The notes under the pieces: generated by a model | What the model was told of the DNA's origin: nothing | Database searches by the model: none | Seen by the model: only the letters and a program-made list of their open reading frames with translations | Assembly (NCBI GenBank): GCA_947089915.1 | Contig: CAMUMB010000055.1 | Location: 1-7,935, forward strand | Source: an uncultured Bacillales bacterium | GTDB taxonomy: Bacteria; Bacillota_I; Bacilli_A; RF39; UBA660 | DNA: 7,935 nucleotides | Direction of reading: 5' to 3' | Part shown: positions 4,786 through 7,935 of the stretch, piece after piece | Position numbering within the stretch: position 1 is the first letter of the stretch | Layout of the letters: every line of letters starts with the position of its first letter | Program-made: the position numbers and the translations under genes

Positions 4786-6021
4786 ATGGATTTAATACAT
4801 GAAGCAAAAAATATTCTAATGATTCGCTATCCTCGTTTTGCAAGCTTACTTGCAGCTACACCAATTGAATATAATTCTCATTTAAAGTATCATACAGGGG
4901 CAACGGATGGAAAAAAGATTTTGATTGACCCTGATTATTTTGCAAGCTTAGAACTTGAGGGACGTTTATTTCTCTTGGCGCATGAGCTTATGCATATGCA
5001 ATTTCTCCATATGTATCGTTTAAAGAAGAATGGAAAAAAGAAAGATTTAGATACATGGAACGAAGCTACCGATGCAATCATCAATGCCAATTTGGTAAGA
5101 GATGGATTTCAGATAGAAGAAGATTATTTTACTTATCCAGACGCGTTATCCTATACAGCGGAACAATTATATGAAAAATTATTAAATGAAGATGGGAAAC
5201 ATACGGAATCTTGGAAGGATGATCATAGTCTTTGGGAAAAAGCTTTTGAAAAAATGGAAAAAGGAGAAGATCAGGTTCAAAAACTAGATACAGAAATTGA
5301 TGAAAAACAAGAATTTAGAGAAAATAGAGAGGAACGCATTGCAAAAGCCAAAAAGGATTTGATGAAGAAAAAAGAACAAGTATTAAAGGAATGGGAAAAA
5401 AATAAGATTCAAAATGAATTAGGCACAGTAGGGGAAGAAAATAATGCGATTGATTGGCTACTTCTTTTAAGAAGAGAAGTCAATAAAGATGAGATTATTT
5501 GGAGTAATCGACGTTCCATTGCTGAAAATAATTATGCATATAGATTAGAGGAAGACGAGTTAGAAGAAGAAGCGGAAACAGAGGTTTTAATTGATGTTTC
5601 TGGGTCAGTTAGTTTAAATTTAGTAAAATTTTTTTTAAGGATGATCAAGCCGATATTACACCATTCCAAATTAAAAGTAGGGTGTTTCAATGAAAAATAT
5701 TATGAAATGGTAGAAATAAAATCAAATAATGATATTGATCATTTTGTGATTCCAAAAGAATCGCATAAGTATGCATGGACAGAAGACTGGGATTTGGCTG
5801 TTCGTTCTTTCACAAGAAAAAAAGAAATCAATAAAATTATATTTACCGATGGAATACCCGGTCCAGGAAATATGCCCAAAGAAGATTTAAAAAATGAAAA
5901 TGTAATTTGGATTGTTTACGGAAATCCAAATTTCAAACCATGTTGTGGAAAGGTAATTCAAGTGACAGAATCAGAGTTGTTGGGAATGATGTTATCAGAA
6001 GAAAAGGGAAAGATAAGATAA
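4786..6021 (+). CDS. DUF2201-type protein: N-terminal HExxH putative metallopeptidase domain plus C-terminal VWA-like domain
   Basis: ATG 4786 is preceded by AGGAG (4773..4777), so the track's 4756 start is rejected. HELMH lies at 4981..4995 within LLAHELMHMQFLH, followed by WNEATDAIINANL, as typical of the DUF2201_N peptidase-like domain. The MIDAS-like DVSGS lies at 5593..5607. A Lys/Glu-rich linker separates the two domains. Confidence 0.8.
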   Translation: MDLIHEAKNILMIRYPRFASLLAATPIEYNSHLKYHTGATDGKKILIDPDYFASLELEGRLFLLAHELMHMQFLHMYRLKKNGKKKDLDTWNEATDAIINANLVRDGFQIEEDYFTYPDALSYTAEQLYEKLLNEDGKHTESWKDDHSLWEKAFEKMEKGEDQVQKLDTEIDEKQEFRENREERIAKAKKDLMKKKEQVLKEWEKNKIQNELGTVGEENNAIDWLLLLRREVNKDEIIWSNRRSIAENNYAYRLEEDELEEEAETEVLIDVSGSVSLNLVKFFLRMIKPILHHSKLKVGCFNEKYYEMVEIKSNNDIDHFVIPKESHKYAWTEDWDLAVRSFTRKKEINKIIFTDGIPGPGNMPKEDLKNENVIWIVYGNPNFKPCCGKVIQVTESELLGMMLSEEKGKIR

Positions 6022-6025
6022 GAAT

Positions 6026-6084
6026 AAGCTTCAAGAAATTATGATAATTTTAGAGAAAGATATTGAAGCTTTCTTTTTTATTTG
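6026..6084 (+). terminator. Rho-independent terminator ending the DGR-target operon
   Basis: Perfect 9-bp arms AAGCTTCAA (6026..6034) and TTGAAGCTT (6063..6071), followed by TCTTTTTTATTTG. The 28-nt loop is large but contains an inner AAATTA-tga-TAATTT hairpin. Confidence 0.6.
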
Positions 6085-6172
6085 ATATCATATATTTATG
6101 AGTTTGATGTATCAATATCAATTCGTAAAAAGGAATAAAAAGTGGTTGAATAATGAAAAGAGGGAGTGGACT

Positions 6173-6700
6173 ATGAACAATTATATCGATGAAAATACAC
6201 CATTTGGAATTCAAAATCAACATAATTATTCAACAATTATACCAACGGGAGAATGTATTACTTATTTAGTACAATATTGTGCGGATGAATATCAAAAATT
6301 CACTGCGCTTACAGATGAAGTAGAAAAAAACAAAGAACAACATGGTGAATACAATTACAGTTTTAAAAAAGGAGCGTCTCTTTTTGAAATTGCAATTAGA
6401 GGAAAACAGTATAGTAATATTGTTTGTGAAAATTTTCAGGAATTTGAAGATGCTATCCAAGAAAAAGGATTAAAAGACATTAGTAGTTTAGAAATCAAGA
6501 TGCATTTGAATTTTAAAAGAGATCGGGAAGAGGTAGGAACAGAACATCAAAATGAATTTGTCATTACCTTTAGACCTTATGAAATTTCTTTTTCAAGAAA
6601 ATCAAATTACAATGAAACAATGATGAATCAAATAGAAACCAATATTGATGATGTTTTAAGAAGATTCCCATCTATCAATAGCATTTTTTCAGCAAGGTAG
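6173..6700 (+). CDS. Hypothetical protein (175 aa)
   Basis: ATG 6173 is preceded by AAGAGGGAG (6158..6166). The track's 6098 start lacks an RBS and lies next to the terminator. No family recognised. Confidence 0.6.
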   Translation: MNNYIDENTPFGIQNQHNYSTIIPTGECITYLVQYCADEYQKFTALTDEVEKNKEQHGEYNYSFKKGASLFEIAIRGKQYSNIVCENFQEFEDAIQEKGLKDISSLEIKMHLNFKRDREEVGTEHQNEFVITFRPYEISFSRKSNYNETMMNQIETNIDDVLRRFPSINSIFSAR

Positions 6701-6706
6701 GGGTTT

Positions 6707-7012
6707 ATGGCAATTACCAAAGAATACAAAGATTATGTATTAGAAAAATTAGAGTGTTTGGACTTTATTACATACCGTCCTATGATGGGTGATTATCTAT
6801 TTTATTACCAAAATATTTATTTTGGTGGAATGTATGAAGAAGAACGATTTTTAATAAAAGAAACTTCTAGTAATCAAAAATACAATTTGAAAGAGGCGCT
6901 TCCTTATAAAGGGGCGAAATTGATGTATTGGGTAGAAGATTTAGAAGATATGGAACGGCTCAAAAATATGATTATAGATACTTGTAAGGATTTAAAGCCA
7001 AAGAAAAAATAG
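6707..7012 (+). CDS. TfoX N-terminal domain-like protein (101 aa)
   Basis: YRPMMGDYLFYYQNIYFGGMYEEERFLIKET resembles the TfoX_N core (MFGgyglY..g..fa.i.d..lylK). The RBS AAGGTAGGGG (6694..6703) overlaps the previous stop. Confidence 0.55.
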   Translation: MAITKEYKDYVLEKLECLDFITYRPMMGDYLFYYQNIYFGGMYEEERFLIKETSSNQKYNLKEALPYKGAKLMYWVEDLEDMERLKNMIIDTCKDLKPKKK

Positions 7013-7013
7013 G

Positions 7014-7037
7014 ACAGATTTCAAAATCTGTTTTTCT
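7014..7037 (+). terminator. Rho-independent terminator
   Basis: A 7-bp stem, ACAGATT (7014..7020) and AATCTGT (7025..7031), has loop TCAA and is followed by TTTTCT. It lies directly after the TAG stop at 7010..7012. Confidence 0.7.
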
Positions 7038-7059
7038 GATATTGTAAGGAGATTGTTTT

Positions 7060-7935
7060 ATGATTTTATTTGTCAGTGGTCGAACAGATATTGTAGCTTT
7101 TTATTCAAAGTGGTTTCTGAAACGATATCAGGAAGGCTTTGTAGACGTTAGGAATCCCTTTTATCCGAAACAAATTAGCCGTATTTATTTTGAGGATGTT
7201 GATGCAATTCTGTTTTGTACGAAAAATCCCATTCCAATATTAAACCATTTAAAATCAATTGATAAACCAATTCTTTTTCATGTAACATTAACACCTTATT
7301 TAAAGGAAATTGAACCCAATGTTCCTCCAAAGGGAAAAATAATAGAAGCGATTAAACAACTATCTTCTATTGTGGGAATTGAAAATTTATATATTCGTTA
7401 TGATCCTATTTTCCTAAGTGAACAATATAATATTTCTTATCATAAAAAAGCATTTGATCATATGTGCTCTTTATTAAATGGTTTTGTAAAGAACATTATT
7501 ATCTCTTTCATCGATGATTATCAAAATGTAAGAAAAAATAATTCAATTTTAAAAATAAGAAATTTTAAAGCAGAAGATTATCAAGAAATTGGTCTTTCTT
7601 TTTGTGAGAGTGCTCAGAAAAATGGAATGACAGTACAAACTTGTTTTGAGAAAAATAATTTAACACAATATGGATTTGTAAAAGGGGAGTGCTTGTCTAA
7701 AACCTGTGCTTATCAACTCACTGGTAAAACGTATAAAAAATGGAATGCCAGAAAATGCGGATGTGTAGAAATGGTCGATATTGGTGTTTATAATTCATGT
7801 AAACATTTTTGTAAGTATTGTTACGCTAACTATGATGAAAACCTAGTTATGTCTAATTTTAGTCAACATAATTCCAATAGTAGTTTATTGATTGGCGATT
7901 TAAAACAAGATGATGTTATTAAAAGAAGAAAATGA
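7060..7935 (+). CDS. DUF1848 domain protein
   Basis: Motifs include SGRTDIVAFYSKWF, VRNPF, ILFCTKNP, IRYDPI and the C-terminal Cys cluster CGCVEMVDIGVYNSCKHFCKYCYAN, all characteristic of DUF1848. RBS AAGGAG at 7046..7051. Stop TGA falls at the window end (7933..7935). Confidence 0.8.
   Translation: MILFVSGRTDIVAFYSKWFLKRYQEGFVDVRNPFYPKQISRIYFEDVDAILFCTKNPIPILNHLKSIDKPILFHVTLTPYLKEIEPNVPPKGKIIEAIKQLSSIVGIENLYIRYDPIFLSEQYNISYHKKAFDHMCSLLNGFVKNIIISFIDDYQNVRKNNSILKIRNFKAEDYQEIGLSFCESAQKNGMTVQTCFEKNNLTQYGFVKGECLSKTCAYQLTGKTYKKWNARKCGCVEMVDIGVYNSCKHFCKYCYANYDENLVMSNFSQHNSNSSLLIGDLKQDDVIKRRK

Noticed and set aside
95-7031. Shared ACAGAT/ATCTGT arms in the hairpins at 95..115 and 7014..7031 as possible island-boundary repeats
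   Set aside because: Only 6 nt are shared. The second hairpin is a conventional terminator with a T-tract. The similarity is too short to distinguish from chance.

Overview
AT-rich window (about 30% GC by eye), Firmicutes- or Fusobacteria-like, standard genetic code, with all credible genes on the + strand. The main content is a complete diversity-generating retroelement (DGR). It comprises an Avd-like four-helix-bundle gene (259..843), a 74-bp noncoding template repeat (TR, 923..996), a structured spacer, a DGR-type reverse transcriptase (1219..2250) and a target gene carrying the cognate variable repeat (VR, 2522..2595). TR and VR align ungapped with 11 differences, 9 of them at TR adenines. 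The target is unusual in three ways. It has no signal peptide or TM segment. The VR lies near the N-terminus of a roughly 690-codon frame whose C-terminal part is a MoxR/AAA_5-like ATPase. That frame is currently broken by an in-frame TAG inside the VR, and the TAG is templated by an in-frame TAA in the TR, both of whose adenines are mutable. The ATPase is translationally coupled to a 126-aa unknown protein and a DUF2201-type HExxH metallopeptidase plus VWA protein. Together these suggest a DGR-diversified, NTPase-driven intracellular sensor/effector (conflict or defence-like) module. A terminator follows, then a hypothetical protein, a TfoX_N-like protein, a second terminator and a DUF1848 protein; all of these look ordinary. 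No integrase, transposase, CRISPR array, tRNA or rRNA was seen. Family names are recalled from motifs and no database search was run.
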